Shown: piece after piece, positions 31,043 to 41,261 of the stretch | Layout of the letters: the number at the start of each line of letters is the position of its first letter | Numbering within the stretch: position 1 is the stretch's first letter | Source of the DNA: an uncultured Shewanella sp. | GTDB lineage: Bacteria; Pseudomonadota; Gammaproteobacteria; Enterobacterales; Shewanellaceae | Assembly (NCBI GenBank): GCA_947503555.1 | Contig: CANNEE010000005.1 | Coordinates: 171,951 to 235,950, forward strand | Direction: 5' to 3' | Length of the DNA stretch: 64,000 bases | Notes under the pieces: generated by a model | What the model was told of the DNA's origin: nothing | Database searches by the model: none | What the model saw: only the letters and a program-made list of their open reading frames with translations | Made by a program: the position numbers and the translations under genes

Positions 31043-32686
31043 TTAGTAACCGCCCCAAATGGTGGCGATAGTACCCGCTATCAGTGCGTAACTTAGTGCT
31101 ACTGGCATTGTCTTACGGATGATTTCTGACTCTCGACCAGCCATTCCTACAACCGTTGCCGCTGCAACTACGTTCATTACACACATCATGTTACCTGCGT
31201 TAGCACCGATACCTTGAAGGGCTAGGATAACGGCAGGATTAGCACCGATATTTTCCGCTACACTAAATTGTAGACCAGAGAACATCATGTTAGAGAAAGT
31301 TGCACTACCAGATAAGAAGGCACCGAAGATACCAACAATTGGAGCAACCCAAGCCCAAACTGCACCCATAGAGCTTGCTAGAGCGTCTGCTAGTGCCACA
31401 GGCATAGAGTCTAGGCCTGCACTGTTAGTACCAGAGTTAAGGAAGATTTTCACCATAGGTACAGAAGCACCTAGAGAGATTAATGTTGGGATCATAGATT
31501 TTAGTGATACGCCAACAGAATCTTTGATTGCCTTAGAGTTCATCTTGAATAGGAAGAAACCTAAGATACATACTGCTACGAAGAAAGCACCTGGTGCATA
31601 TAGGGTCTTGAAACCAGAACCCAGAGACGTACCAAGAAGGCCTGTCCACTTAAGGTTGAAGCTAAGTAACCAAGCTTTGAAAGGAGCTACTACACGAGAT
31701 AGTACAAGTAGGCCTGCCATGATTAGGTATGGAGTCCATGCTGCAAGCTGAGAGAACTTAACTTCACCAGTCGCTGCTTTTTCTTGCTTGCCTTCGTTTT
31801 CTGCGAAGTCATTCCAAGGGGTAGCTGGAAGTAGGAAGCCTTTCTTAGCTAGTGGGATAACGATACCCATACCGATAAGAGCACCAATTACAGATGGGAA
31901 CTCAGGACCCGCTAGGAAGTTAATAGTGAATGCTGGGATAGTGAATGCTAAACCTGCGAAGATAGCGAATTTCCAGATAGCTAGACCTTCAGCAAATGAC
32001 TTCTTACGACCGAAGAAACCAGTCAGAATAGATACCATTACTAGTGGGATTAGCGTACCAGTAATCATATCGATAGTAGTCATGTGCATAGCAATGAACT
32101 GTGCATAGTCTGCGAAGCTAGTACCGTGCTCGGCAATTTGAGCTGCAGCCATGTTAACACCACCAGATGTTAGACCTTGCTCCATACCGAATAGTACAGG
32201 TAGACCAATCGCACCGAAAGATACTGAAGCAGAGTCAGCAATCAGAGCAACAACCGCTGCTGCGACAGGTGGAATACCTAGTAGTACTAGTAATGGTGCG
32301 CCAATCGCAGCAGGTGTACCGAAACCGGCACTACCTTCGATGAATGCACCGAATAACCAACAGATGATGATGACCTGAACACGGGCATCGGCACTGATGT
32401 TAGTGAAACCGGCACGAATGGTATCCATCGCACCAGAATATTTAAGCGTATTAAGTAGGAATACCGCACCAAAAATAATGGTTAACGGTGTGATTGCGGC
32501 AAGTAAACCTTCAACAACCGAGGCTGCGAGGAATGTCGTGTCCATTTGCCAAACGAACACAGCTGCTAAAGCTGTGAGGATCATAGAAATGGGCATAGCC
32601 CGGGATGCAGGCATCTTAAGTAATACTAAAAATAGCATTACGCTGATTACCGGCGTTAAGCTTGCGAGTAATTGAATAAAGGTCAT
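31043..32686 (-). CDS. lldP: Lactate permease
   Basis: Polytopic membrane protein with [31 protein letters not shown] and GANAGNM motifs (LctP family). Confidence 0.93.
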   Translation of the reverse strand: MTFIQLLASLTPVISVMLFLVLLKMPASRAMPISMILTALAAVFVWQMDTTFLAASVVEGLLAAITPLTIIFGAVFLLNTLKYSGAMDTIRAGFTNISADARVQVIIICWLFGAFIEGSAGFGTPAAIGAPLLVLLGIPPVAAAVVALIADSASVSFGAIGLPVLFGMEQGLTSGGVNMAAAQIAEHGTSFADYAQFIAMHMTTIDMITGTLIPLVMVSILTGFFGRKKSFAEGLAIWKFAIFAGLAFTIPAFTINFLAGPEFPSVIGALIGMGIVIPLAKKGFLLPATPWNDFAENEGKQEKAATGEVKFSQLAAWTPYLIMAGLLVLSRVVAPFKAWLLSFNLKWTGLLGTSLGSGFKTLYAPGAFFVAVCILGFFLFKMNSKAIKDSVGVSLKSMIPTLISLGASVPMVKIFLNSGTNSAGLDSMPVALADALASSMGAVWAWVAPIVGIFGAFLSGSATFSNMMFSGLQFSVAENIGANPAVILALQGIGANAGNMMCVMNVVAAATVVGMAGRESEIIRKTMPVALSYALIAGTIATIWGGY

Positions 32687-32898
32687 GCTAGCCTCTTTGT
32701 GTTTGGTTGCTTCATTTATTTGAATTTCTACCTGCGCCTGATCTTATGCCAGGTCTTCAGTTACATCTTTATTTATAGGTAGTGTGCGTAATAAACGTTA
32801 ATTTGAACTTCGCTAATATGATCTAGATCAGTTTGTAGTCCAAGTTCAGCATGAAATTTACCGCGTGGGAGATCTATCTCTACTTGCGTTCTCCGACC

Positions 32899-32914
32899 TG
32901 TGATCATGATCACT
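32899..32914. promoter_or_regulatory. CRP site upstream of lldP
   Basis: TGTGA-TCATGA-TCACT; 9/10 match. Confidence 0.65.
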
Positions 32915-33079
32915 AAAAAAATGGGCAATATATAACCTCTTTGTTTATCGGTGGTTAAAAAAAGGTAAAAATAGAATATAAATTAAAGTTTATACTCTAT
33001 TTGATGGTTTAACATGGAAATATCTGATCTATTTATTTCAAAATTGTTTTTTCATCAGACCGAGAAGACGAAAGTGTGG

Positions 33080-33095
33080 TGTGATGTGGCTCACA
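33080..33095. promoter_or_regulatory. CRP site upstream of lldP
   Basis: TGTGA-TGTGGC-TCACA; perfect core. Confidence 0.75.
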
Positions 33096-33296
33096 CTTGC
33101 TGATTTCGTTAAATAATTGTTTTTGCAATTATTGGTTTAATTTTTTATAAAACAATTACTTAGTGATTTTAGGTTGAAAGCTCTAATTTAGGCTGATAAT
33201 TGATGAAGGCAAAGGTAGTTGAGACTACCTTTTGCTGTAAGACGTTTGGGTGACAGGTTTGTAAGTCAATATCCTAAGGTTTTTATCACGTAAATG

Positions 33297-34175
33297 TTAA
33301 AAAAGTTTACTTCCCCAGCCCAATTTGTTTCTCAGTACGTGAAAATAGTTGTGACCCTTAGGATGGATCAAGCGTAGCTTCTCAATACTGCGCTTAATTA
33401 TGATCTCGTCTCCAGGTAATACGGCTAATGTGACGTGACCGTCACAGCTCACCTCTAGATTTTCACCATTGTCTGGGGAGACGACTAATTTTATTGTGCT
33501 GTTAGCATCGACTACAATCGGACGACAGCTTAAGGTGTGAGGGAACATAGGTACTAGAATAAGTGCCTGAAGGTTTGGTGTAAGTATGGCCCCGCCAGCA
33601 GAAAGTGAGTAGGCAGTTGAGCCAGTGGGAGTGGAGACAATCATACCGTCTGCACGCTGGCTATACATGAACTTGTCGTCAATATAGACTTCAAATTCAA
33701 TCATATGAGCGATTTTTCCTGGATGTAATACCGCTTCGTTGACCGCTGAATTGCTGGCCTTTAACGCGCCGTGGCGATGCACTTCAGCTTCGAGTAGAAA
33801 GCGCTCCTCGACATCGAATTGTCCATCAAGCACTTGAGCAAGCTGCTCTTCAAAGCCATTTGGAGGAAGATCTGTTAAAAAGCCAAGGTTTCCGCGGTTG
33901 ACACCAATCACACTGATATCATAGCGCGCTAACACTCGAGCTGCGCCTAGCATATTGCCATCGCCGCCGACTACTATAGCCAGATCACATCGCTGACCTA
34001 TCTCCAGTAAATCGACTTTATCGATTTTGATATCTAAATCGGCAGCGACCCGCTCTTCAACTAAGATTTGATACCCTTGCATGCTCAGCCAATGGTGCAG
34101 ACGCTTAAGGGTTAAATTGGTCCCTTTATGGTGTGGTTTGCCAATTAGGCCGATTGTACGGAACTTTGTTGTCAT
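33297..34175 (-). CDS. nadK: NAD kinase
   Basis: [18 protein letters not shown] and ADG…[15 protein letters not shown] motifs. Likely start is ATG 34175 (MTTKFRTIG). Confidence 0.97.
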   Translation of the reverse strand: MTTKFRTIGLIGKPHHKGTNLTLKRLHHWLSMQGYQILVEERVAADLDIKIDKVDLLEIGQRCDLAIVVGGDGNMLGAARVLARYDISVIGVNRGNLGFLTDLPPNGFEEQLAQVLDGQFDVEERFLLEAEVHRHGALKASNSAVNEAVLHPGKIAHMIEFEVYIDDKFMYSQRADGMIVSTPTGSTAYSLSAGGAILTPNLQALILVPMFPHTLSCRPIVVDANSTIKLVVSPDNGENLEVSCDGHVTLAVLPGDEIIIKRSIEKLRLIHPKGHNYFHVLRNKLGWGSKLF

Positions 34176-34192
34176 ATTTGTCTTAGATAAGG

Positions 34193-34220
34193 CTTGAAAC
34201 GTCAGATTTGATCCCCATAA
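34193..34220 (+). promoter_or_regulatory. Sigma32 heat-shock promoter of grpE
   Basis: CTTGAA(34193-98)-N14-CCCCAT(34213-18). Confidence 0.85.
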
Positions 34221-34266
34221 TATGCCCAGAGTATGCAGAAACAAAGCATTTTTAGCTGGAGTAATA

Positions 34267-34872
34267 ATGAGCAACGAGTCAAACAAAGCAGAAGTGGAGC
34301 AAGTTGAAGAGGGAGTTGAAGTTGAAGCTTCAACAGAAGAGGCAAGTCTAATTGATGAATTGACTCAGGCTAACTTCCGTATCGAGGAGCTAGAGCAGGC
34401 TCTTGAACAGGCTAATGCCAAGGTTGATGAGCAGAAAGATTCTGTTATTCGAGCTGCTGCTGAAGTAGACAATATGCGTCGCCGTAGTGCTATGGATATT
34501 GAAAAAGCACATAAGTTTGCTTTAGAGAAGTTTGTTAACGAGCTACTACCTGTTATCGATAACATGGAGCGTGCACTACAAGGCACCTCAGCAGAGGATG
34601 AAGCGACTAAGGCGATGTACGAAGGCGTAGAGCTAACGCTAAAGAGCTTTATTAGTTCAGTAGAGAAATTTGGCGTTAAGCAAGTTGATCCACAAGGTGA
34701 GGCTTTTGATCCAGATTTACACCAAGCGATTGGCATGCAGCCAAGTGCAGATTTCCCTGCCAACACTGTGATGATGGTGATGCAGAAAGGTTATCAGTTG
34801 AATGAGCGTTTATTGCGCCCAGCCATGGTAATGGTTTCTCAAGGTGGTGGAAGCGTCGAGACTCAAGCTTAA
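34267..34872 (+). CDS. grpE: Nucleotide exchange factor GrpE
   Basis: [36 protein letters not shown] and [18 protein letters not shown] motifs. Start is ATG 34267. Confidence 0.97.
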   Translation: MSNESNKAEVEQVEEGVEVEASTEEASLIDELTQANFRIEELEQALEQANAKVDEQKDSVIRAAAEVDNMRRRSAMDIEKAHKFALEKFVNELLPVIDNMERALQGTSAEDEATKAMYEGVELTLKSFISSVEKFGVKQVDPQGEAFDPDLHQAIGMQPSADFPANTVMMVMQKGYQLNERLLRPAMVMVSQGGGSVETQA

Positions 34873-34889
34873 AGCTTAATTCTCCCAAT

Positions 34890-34919
34890 AAAAAAGGACT
34901 GCCTAGGCAGTCCTTTTTT
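34890..34919. terminator. Bidirectional terminator between grpE and dxs
   Basis: Perfect palindrome AAAAAAGGACTGCC-TA-GGCAGTCCTTTTTT. Confidence 0.9.
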
Positions 34920-34934
34920 ATTGTCTGTTTATCG

Positions 34935-36812
34935 TTAGGCCAAAAAAGCCTCAACTTGCTTTTGAATCCCTTTGGCGTCAAGCCCTAGCTCTTCGGTTAT
35001 TTCATCGGGAGCGCCATGCTTAATAAATTCATCAGGCAAACCGATTTGCAACACTGGCATAGGTAACTTGAGTTGTTGTAGCAGCTCAAGTACTCCAGAA
35101 CCTGCGCCGCCCATAATGGCATTCTCTTCAACGGTAATCAGCACATCATGGTTCTGGGCTAACTCTTTCACCAACTCAACATCTAATGGCTTAACAAAGC
35201 GCATATCAGCCACAGTAGCATCGAAGTGCTCCGCTGCCTCAAGCGTTGCCGCTAAGGTAGTACCAAAATTGAGCATGGCTACTTTAGTGCCTGATTGAGC
35301 ACCTTGACGTTTAATTAACCCTTTACCAATTGGCAGCGCCGTCATCTTCTCAACCTGAGTCGCACCTGTAGCACTGCCTCTTGGGTAGCGCACTGCAGTT
35401 GGACCATCTTGGTAACAGTAGCCAGTGTAGAGCATTTGACGGCATTCATTTTCATCTGAAGGCGCCATAATGATCATATTTGGAATGCAGCGCATATAGC
35501 TTAAGTCGAACGCACCTTGGTGGGTTGCGCCATCTGCGCCCACAATGCCGCCTCTGTCTATGGCAAATAAGACTGGCAGTCGTTGCAGTGCAACATCATG
35601 AATCAGTTGGTCGTAGCCACGTTGCAAGAAAGTGGAATAGATGGCAACGACAGGCTTATAGCCTTCGCAAGCAAAACCAGCACCTAATGTCACCGCATGT
35701 TGCTCTGCTATGGCGGCGTCGAAGTATTGCTCAGGGAATTTTTGAGAAAATTCCACCATGCCAGAGCCTTCACGCATCGCAGGTGTTATTCCTAAGACTT
35801 TTTCATCTTTTGCTGCGATATCACAAAGCCATTTGCCAAATACCTCAGAGAAACTAGGATCGCTTGGCTTAGTTGCGGGTTTCTTAAACTGGCTCGGATC
35901 GAACTTAGGCACAGCGTGCCAACCGATAGGATCTTTTTCTGCTGGCTCATAACCACGACCTTTTTTAGTCATGATATGTAAAATTTGTGGGCCGCCTAAG
36001 CTGCGCATGTTTCTTAGGGTTTCCACTAAGGCATCGACATCATGACCATCGATTGGGCCGATATAATTAAAGCCTAGCTCTTCGAACATGGTGCCTGGTA
36101 CTACCATGCCTTTCAGGTGTTCTTCAGTGCGTTTTGCCATCTCTTTGATGACAGGCATGCCCTTTAATACCTTCTTACTGTTTTCTCTGATAGTGGTGTA
36201 GAAACGACCCGACATCAGCTGAGCAAGGTGGTTGTTGAGTGCACCTACGTTCTCTGAGATAGACATCTCATTGTCATTAAGCACAACCAGCATATCGTTA
36301 TGAAGATCACCTGCATGGTTCATGGCCTCAAACACCATGCCGCCTGTCATGGCGCCATCACCGATAACCGAGACAACCTTACGACCTGCTTGCTCTTTTT
36401 CAGCTGCTACAGCCATAGCGAGAGCTGCACTGATAGAAGTACCTGAGTGGCCTACGCTAAAGGTGTCATATTCGCTCTCTTCACGCCACGGGAAGGGATG
36501 CACGCCATCTTTTTGCCGAATGGTATGCATACGGTCCCGACGACCCGTTAGAATCTTATGGGGATAGGCTTGATGTCCTACATCCCAAACAAGTCGATCA
36601 AAAGGTGTGTTATAGACATAATGCAAAGCCACGGTCAGTTCTACCGTGCCTAAACCTGAGGCGAAATGGCCACTGGATATACCGACAGATTCCAGTAAGA
36701 ACTGTCTTAATTCGTCGGCAAGTTGTGGCAGCAATGCTTGAGGCAATTGCTTTAATTCATGTGGGGTGTTGGCTTGGGCCAGCACCGGATATTGAGAAAT
36801 GTCCAGGCTCAT
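34935..36812 (-). CDS. dxs: 1-deoxy-D-xylulose-5-phosphate synthase
   Basis: [26 protein letters not shown]…LNDNEMSI and IAEQHAV motifs. Confidence 0.98.
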   Translation of the reverse strand: MSLDISQYPVLAQANTPHELKQLPQALLPQLADELRQFLLESVGISSGHFASGLGTVELTVALHYVYNTPFDRLVWDVGHQAYPHKILTGRRDRMHTIRQKDGVHPFPWREESEYDTFSVGHSGTSISAALAMAVAAEKEQAGRKVVSVIGDGAMTGGMVFEAMNHAGDLHNDMLVVLNDNEMSISENVGALNNHLAQLMSGRFYTTIRENSKKVLKGMPVIKEMAKRTEEHLKGMVVPGTMFEELGFNYIGPIDGHDVDALVETLRNMRSLGGPQILHIMTKKGRGYEPAEKDPIGWHAVPKFDPSQFKKPATKPSDPSFSEVFGKWLCDIAAKDEKVLGITPAMREGSGMVEFSQKFPEQYFDAAIAEQHAVTLGAGFACEGYKPVVAIYSTFLQRGYDQLIHDVALQRLPVLFAIDRGGIVGADGATHQGAFDLSYMRCIPNMIIMAPSDENECRQMLYTGYCYQDGPTAVRYPRGSATGATQVEKMTALPIGKGLIKRQGAQSGTKVAMLNFGTTLAATLEAAEHFDATVADMRFVKPLDVELVKELAQNHDVLITVEENAIMGGAGSGVLELLQQLKLPMPVLQIGLPDEFIKHGAPDEITEELGLDAKGIQKQVEAFLA

Positions 36813-36833
36813 ACGAGATACTTCGTCTCTTAT

Positions 36834-37715
36834 TTATACTCTTCGCTCAATAATATAACGGGCGAATTCTTTAATTAACTGGCTATTGTATGGCAATTTT
36901 GCCAGAGCTGATAGTGCATCTTGGATCAGTTTTTCTGCTGTTGCTTGCGCACCTTCTAATCCTAGCAGCTGTGGGTAGGTACTCTTATTACTCTGAGTAT
37001 CAGAGCCTTGCGGCTTACCTAACTCTTCAGTGCTGGCTGTGATATCTAAGATATCATCTTGTACTTGGAAGGCTAAACCTATGGCGTTGGCATAATCAAG
37101 CAAAGCTTGTGTTTCATCTTGAGAGGCATTGGCCGCAATGATGGCAAGCTTAACCGAAGCGCTAATGAGGGCGCCTGTTTTTAAGTTGTGTAATTGGGTC
37201 AGCTGCTCTAGGGAAATCTGTTTATCTGTGGCGTTGAGATCCATGGCTTGGCCACCACACATGCCTTTGTAACCCGAGGCTGTTGCGAGCGCGTTAACCA
37301 TAGCCAATTGCTGTTGGGGAACTAATCCATCTATAGGTTGACTGATTATCTCAAAAGCAAGGGTTTGTAGCGCATCACCAGCAAGAATCGCTGTTGCTTC
37401 GTCATAGGCGATATGCACCGTGGGTTTGCCACGTCTAAGGGCGTCGTCGTCCATGGCGGGGAGGTCGTCATGGATTAAGGAATAAGCATGAATACATTCA
37501 ATGGCGGCTGCACAATTGTCTAAAATCTCAAGCTTAACACCCAGCATGTCACCGATGGCATAGACCAAAAAGGGACGAATGCGCTTACCGCCAATTAAAG
37601 CGCCGTGCTTCATGGCGGCTTTAAGGCTTGGGTCGATTACTTCGAGACGATCTATGTGAAGTTCAAGTTGCTGATTGACTCTGCTTTGATAGGATTTGAG
37701 CGCTGGTTCTAGCAC
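36834..37715 (-). CDS. ispA: Farnesyl diphosphate synthase
   Basis: GGKRIRP, HAYSLIHDDLPAMDDD…RRG, GQAMD, KTG and FQVQDDILD motifs. Confidence 0.97.
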   Translation of the reverse strand: MLEPALKSYQSRVNQQLELHIDRLEVIDPSLKAAMKHGALIGGKRIRPFLVYAIGDMLGVKLEILDNCAAAIECIHAYSLIHDDLPAMDDDALRRGKPTVHIAYDEATAILAGDALQTLAFEIISQPIDGLVPQQQLAMVNALATASGYKGMCGGQAMDLNATDKQISLEQLTQLHNLKTGALISASVKLAIIAANASQDETQALLDYANAIGLAFQVQDDILDITASTEELGKPQGSDTQSNKSTYPQLLGLEGAQATAEKLIQDALSALAKLPYNSQLIKEFARYIIERRV

Positions 37716-37717
37716 GA

Positions 37718-37957
37718 CTATTCACCTGTTGCTTTAAAGTCTACGAGTGCAGCGTCCTCTTCTTGCTCCATCAAGATTGACACTTTTTGCTGAGCTGTTT
37801 CCAATTTAGCTTGGCTTGAGCGAACGAGTTTTATACCTCGTTCAAATTGTTTCAGAGCATCATCTAAGGGGACTTGTCCCTGCTCTAGCTCTGAGACGAT
37901 ATGTTCTAATTCGGATATGGATTCTTCGAAACTAAGATTCTCAGGTTTTTTTGCCAC
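37718..37957 (-). CDS. xseB: Exodeoxyribonuclease VII small subunit
   Basis: SFEESISELEHIVSELEQGQVPLDDALKQFERG; conserved xseB-ispA-dxs order. Confidence 0.96.
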   Translation of the reverse strand: MAKKPENLSFEESISELEHIVSELEQGQVPLDDALKQFERGIKLVRSSQAKLETAQQKVSILMEQEEDAALVDFKATGE

Positions 37958-38089
37958 TTTTTATTATTCCTTGAATTTCGCGTCACACAAAGTATATCAG
38001 GGGCGCTCATGGGTCAAACTGATACGATGGATATTTGCTCAAAAGCACGCTTTAGGGAAGTAATTTAGTTAATTAAATTAAAATGTCAC

Positions 38090-38116
38090 TAAACTTGCTT
38101 CGCGAATGTCCGATAA
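38090..38116 (+). promoter_or_regulatory. Sigma28 (FliA) promoter upstream of pomA
   Basis: TAAA(38090-93)-N15-TCCGATAA(38109-16), against consensus TAAA-N15-GCCGATAA. Confidence 0.75.
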
Positions 38117-38310
38117 CAGAAAGTAGGAGTATGATTTGTCTTTTGTGATTTTCTAAATATCGGCTTAATATGGCATAAGAATAAAACTAATACCTGATTG
38201 TTTTATATACAAGCATTGCTGTTGGCGTAAAGCGACTGACGGTAACATTTTTATGATAGGTAATTTTAGCTAAGGGCTGATATTTAGCTATAAGCGTTTG
38301 AGGAGTTGGT

Positions 38311-39078
38311 GTGGATTTAGCAACCCTGATTGGACTGATAGGTGCATTTGCGTTTGTTATTGGTGCTATGGCAACCAGTGGTGGTATCGCTATCTTTATT
38401 GATGTCGCCTCGGTATTGATTGTTATCTGTGGTTCAACCTTCGTGGTGCTGATGAAGTACAACATGAAGCAATTTTTTGGTGCGGTAAAGATTGCTGTGA
38501 AGGCTTTTATGTTCAAAATTGATAAGCCAGAAGAGCTTATCGAGCAATCTGTGACTATGGCCGATGCTGCTCGTAAAGGTGGTTTTCTTGCGCTAGAGGA
38601 AGCACAAATCGATAACAGCTTTATGCAAAAAGCGGTGGATATGCTCGTTGACGGTCATGACGGTGAAGTGGTTCGTGAAGCACTGGAGAAAGATATTGCT
38701 CTTACCGAAGAGCGCCACAAAAGTGGTGTTGGCATATTTAAGAGTTTTGGTGATGTGGCACCAGCCATGGGCATGATTGGTACACTAATTGGTCTGGTTG
38801 GTATGTTATCAAACATGGATGATCCAAAATCTATTGGCCCTGCGATGGCGGTCGCGCTTTTAACCACACTTTATGGCGCCATGATTGCCAACATGATTGC
38901 AATTCCCATCGCTGATAAGCTCGAGTTAAGAATGAAGGAAGAGCTGCTTAATCGAAACTTGATTATGGATGCGGTACTTGCGATTCAAGACGGTCAAAAC
39001 CCACGTGTGATTGAAGGCTTCCTAAAGAATTATCTTGCAGAGAAGCAGCGAAATATCGATACGACGGATGGGGAATAA
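38311..39078 (+). CDS. pomA: Na+-driven flagellar stator subunit A
   Basis: MDLATLIGL, ARKGGFLALEE, APAMGMIGTLIGLV and ALLTTLYG motifs. Confidence 0.96.
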   Translation: MDLATLIGLIGAFAFVIGAMATSGGIAIFIDVASVLIVICGSTFVVLMKYNMKQFFGAVKIAVKAFMFKIDKPEELIEQSVTMADAARKGGFLALEEAQIDNSFMQKAVDMLVDGHDGEVVREALEKDIALTEERHKSGVGIFKSFGDVAPAMGMIGTLIGLVGMLSNMDDPKSIGPAMAVALLTTLYGAMIANMIAIPIADKLELRMKEELLNRNLIMDAVLAIQDGQNPRVIEGFLKNYLAEKQRNIDTTDGE

Positions 39079-39081
39079 CCC

Positions 39082-40020
39082 ATGGCAAAGAAATGCCCCG
39101 AATGCCCACCACCTGGCGCCCCTGCATGGTTAGCAACCTTTGCTGACCTCATGTCGCTGTTGATGTGCTTTTTCGTACTGCTGCTGGCTTTCTCTGAAAT
39201 GGATGTGATGAAGTTTAAGCAGATAGCGGGGTCGATGAAGTATGCCTTTGGTGTGCAAAATAAAGTCAATGTAAAAGATATCCCTAAAGGGACTTCGGTG
39301 ATTGCACTGGAGTTCAGACCTGGGCGCCCAGAACCCACCCCCATTGAAATCATTAACCAGCAAACTAATGAGATCACTCAGCCCATGCTCGAGTTTCAAG
39401 AAGGGGATGATGATGCCGCTGGTGGTGTTCAGCAACAGCGTGGTGAGCAGCGTGGTGGTCAAGCCTCTGCGACAGCGCAAAAAGAGGCTGAAGCGAAGAA
39501 AACACAGGCCTCTTCTGCCGCTCAAGATAAGATCAATGAGCAGCTTAAGAAAATGGCCCAAGAGCTCAATAAAGAGATAGTTGATGGTGCCATTGAGTTA
39601 GAGTCATTAGGACAGCAAATTATTATTAGAATTCGAGAAAAGGGGGCCTTTGCCTCAGGCTCTGGTTTCTTACAACCTAGGTTTAAACCTGTGGTCCGCG
39701 CCGTTGGTGAGCTGCTTAAGGATGTGCCTGGAATCGTGACTGTTTCTGGTCACACAGATGATATGCAAATCAGTAATGAGCTTTATAGCTCTAACTGGGA
39801 TCTCTCTAGCAAGCGCGCTGTTGCCGTCGCCCATGAGCTGGTGAAGGTGAAAGGTTTTGATCAGCAGCGGATGAAAGTGGTGGGCATGGCGTCATCGGCG
39901 CCCTTAGTTCCTAATGATTCTGCGGTTAATCGTACGCGTAATCGTCGTGTTGAAATTGCAATCGAGCAAGGTAAGCCTGCTGAGTCTGATGAGATTTTAG
40001 TGGGCGATGATGAGCCTTAA
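39082..40020 (+). CDS. pomB: Na+-driven flagellar stator subunit B
   Basis: WLATFADLMSLLMCFFVLL transmembrane segment with the conserved Asp; OmpA-like domain GHTD…NWDLSSKRA…RNRRVEI. Confidence 0.96.
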   Translation: MAKKCPECPPPGAPAWLATFADLMSLLMCFFVLLLAFSEMDVMKFKQIAGSMKYAFGVQNKVNVKDIPKGTSVIALEFRPGRPEPTPIEIINQQTNEITQPMLEFQEGDDDAAGGVQQQRGEQRGGQASATAQKEAEAKKTQASSAAQDKINEQLKKMAQELNKEIVDGAIELESLGQQIIIRIREKGAFASGSGFLQPRFKPVVRAVGELLKDVPGIVTVSGHTDDMQISNELYSSNWDLSSKRAVAVAHELVKVKGFDQQRMKVVGMASSAPLVPNDSAVNRTRNRRVEIAIEQGKPAESDEILVGDDEP

Positions 40021-40043
40021 GTCTTACAGGTTAATATTGAAAT

Positions 40044-40070
40044 AAAAAAGAAGCTTCGGCTTCTTTTTTT
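40044..40070. terminator. Terminator after pomAB
   Basis: AAAAAAGAAGC-TTCG-GCTTCTTTTTTT. Confidence 0.9.
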
Positions 40071-40085
40071 GATCTAAAACTCAGT

Positions 40086-40230
40086 AAAAAAAAGACCACC
40101 CTAAGGGTGGTCAACACAATTTATTTTCCAAACTGTTCAAATCGAGTGACAAGGTGGCCATTGCGCTAGCTGTTGCCGCCTTGCCCGCTCGCAAGGGATA
40201 TGATGAAGAACGATGATGAATTCGTTACCT
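40086..40230 (-). ncRNA. Putative sigmaE-dependent small RNA, copy 1 (~145 nt)
   Basis: Promoter GAACCT(40261-56)-N16-TCTGA(40239-35). 5' end GAGGUAACGAAUUCAUCAUCGUUCUUCAUCAUAUCCC, then an internal hairpin. Terminator GACCACCC-UUA-GGGUGGUC-U8 (40112-40086). The 5' end is inferred. Confidence 0.72.
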
Positions 40231-40234
40231 CTAT

Positions 40235-40261
40235 TCAGAGTGGCATAATTGAAAAAGGTTC
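40235..40261 (-). promoter_or_regulatory. SigmaE (RpoE)-type promoter, copy 1
   Basis: GAACCT-N16-TCTGA with an AT-rich upstream tract; the spacing equals the canonical GAACTT-N16-TCTGA. Confidence 0.75.
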
Positions 40262-40346
40262 AAAGTAGATCGCAATTAATTCAGTTTATTTTTTGTGGAG
40301 CTCATCAAACCCTAATTTCTACGGTCTTCAGCGGCAGGATTTAACC

Positions 40347-40491
40347 AAAAAAAAGACCACCGCTAGGGTGGTCAACACAATTTATTTTCAAAACTGTTCA
40401 AATCGAGTGATGAGTTTGACATTGCGCTAACTGTTGCCATCTTGCTCACTCGCAAGGGATATGATGAAGAACGATGATGAATTCGTTACCT
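40347..40491 (-). ncRNA. Putative sigmaE-dependent small RNA, copy 2
   Basis: GAACCT(40522-17)-N16-TCTGA(40500-496); same 5' seed as copy 1; terminator hairpin 40355-40373 plus U8. Confidence 0.72.
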
Positions 40492-40608
40492 CTATTCAGA
40501 GTGGCATAATTGAAAAAGGTTCAAAGTAGATCGCAATTAATTTAATTTATTTTCTTGTGGAGCTAATCAAGCCCTAATTTCTGCGGTTTTCAGCGGCAGG
40601 ATTTAACC

Positions 40609-40752
40609 AAAAAAAAGACCACCGCTAGGGTGGTCAAGACAATTTATTTCAAAACTGTTCAAATCGAGTAGCAAGGTGGACACTGCGCTAGCTGTTGCCT
40701 TCTTGCATGCTCGCAAGGGATATGATGATGAACGATGATGAATTCGTTACCT
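40609..40752 (-). ncRNA. Putative sigmaE-dependent small RNA, copy 3
   Basis: GAACCT(40783-78)-N16-TCTGA(40761-57); seed variant GUUCAUCAUCAUAUCCC; terminator hairpin 40617-40635 plus U8. Confidence 0.72.
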
Positions 40753-40883
40753 CTATTCAGAGTGGCATAATTGAAAAAGGTTCAAATTAGATCGCAATTA
40801 ATTCAATTTATTTTTGCCTTGGTGTCTCAAGCGTTAATTGTCTAGGTTTTTAGAGGAAGATCAGTTTGTGGGGTAATTAGAAT

Positions 40884-41026
40884 AAAAAAAGACCACCGCT
40901 TGGGTGGTCAAAACAATTTATTTCAAAACTGTTCAAACCGAGTGGCAAGGTGGGCACTGCGCTAGCTGTTGCCCTCTTGCTTGCTCGCAAGGGATATGAT
41001 GATGAACGATGAAGAATTCGTTACCC
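40884..41026 (-). ncRNA. Putative sigmaE-dependent small RNA, copy 4
   Basis: GAACCT(41057-52)-N16-TCTGA(41035-31); terminator hairpin 40891-40909 plus U7. Confidence 0.72.
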
Positions 41027-41146
41027 TTATTCAGAGTGGTGTAATCGAAAAAGGTTCAAATAAAATTGAAATAATTTTAAAAGCTGGCTCGATAGTCCGA
41101 AACTAGCAAGCTTTACATTGTGGTGGTTTGGCTGACATTAGGGCAT

Positions 41147-41256
41147 AAAAGAAGGCAACCTTGTGGGTTGCCTTGGGATCTATTCCTAGATCAAGGGGAC
41201 AGCGCTAAATGTCCCTGGGAGAATGATGAACACGAAAAAAACTCTTCCACTGTTCA
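41147..41256 (-). ncRNA. Putative sigmaE-dependent small RNA 5 (diverged member, ~110 nt)
   Basis: Promoter GAACTT(41288-83)-N16-TCAAA(41266-62). Contains GUUCAUCAUUCUCCC and the hairpins GGGACA-UUUAGCGC-UGUCCC and GAUCUA-GGAA-UAGAUC. Terminator AAGGCAACC-CACAA-GGUUGCCUU-CUUUU. Confidence 0.68.
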
Positions 41257-41261
41257 TAGTA

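Larger units (their letters stand above)
40086..41065. repeat. Tandem array of four ~261-274 bp near-identical units
   Basis: Recurring blocks GACCACC…GGTGGTCAA, AAACTGTTCAAA, GCGCTA(G/A)CTGTTGCC, CGCAAGGGATATGATG and TCAGAGTGG…GAAAAAGGTTCAAA. TCAGA recurs at 40235, 40496, 40757 and 41031 (offsets 261, 261, 274). Confidence 0.97.

Noticed and set aside
40086-41065. CRISPR array interpretation of the tandem repeats
   Set aside because: The units are ~261 bp and similar along their whole length, with no short constant repeat plus unique spacer pattern and no cas genes in the window.
40200-41106. Plus-strand micro-ORFs in each repeat (MMKNDDEFVTSIQSGIIEKGSK at 40200-40268, 40461-40529 and 40722-40790; 36 aa at 40996-41106) with an AAGGGA RBS-like sequence
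   Set aside because: They are the antisense of the sigmaE promoter and seed, which explains their conservation. No plus-strand promoter or terminator was seen, the stop is lost in copy 4, and the fifth unit lacks the ORF. Not fully excluded; Ribo-seq would decide.
40086-41256. Direct identification as RybB, MicV, VrrA or MicA
   Set aside because: The RybB/MicV seed (CCACUGC) is absent from the transcribed strand. Resemblance to MicA is limited to a short AUCAUC…CCCU tract, so no name is assigned.
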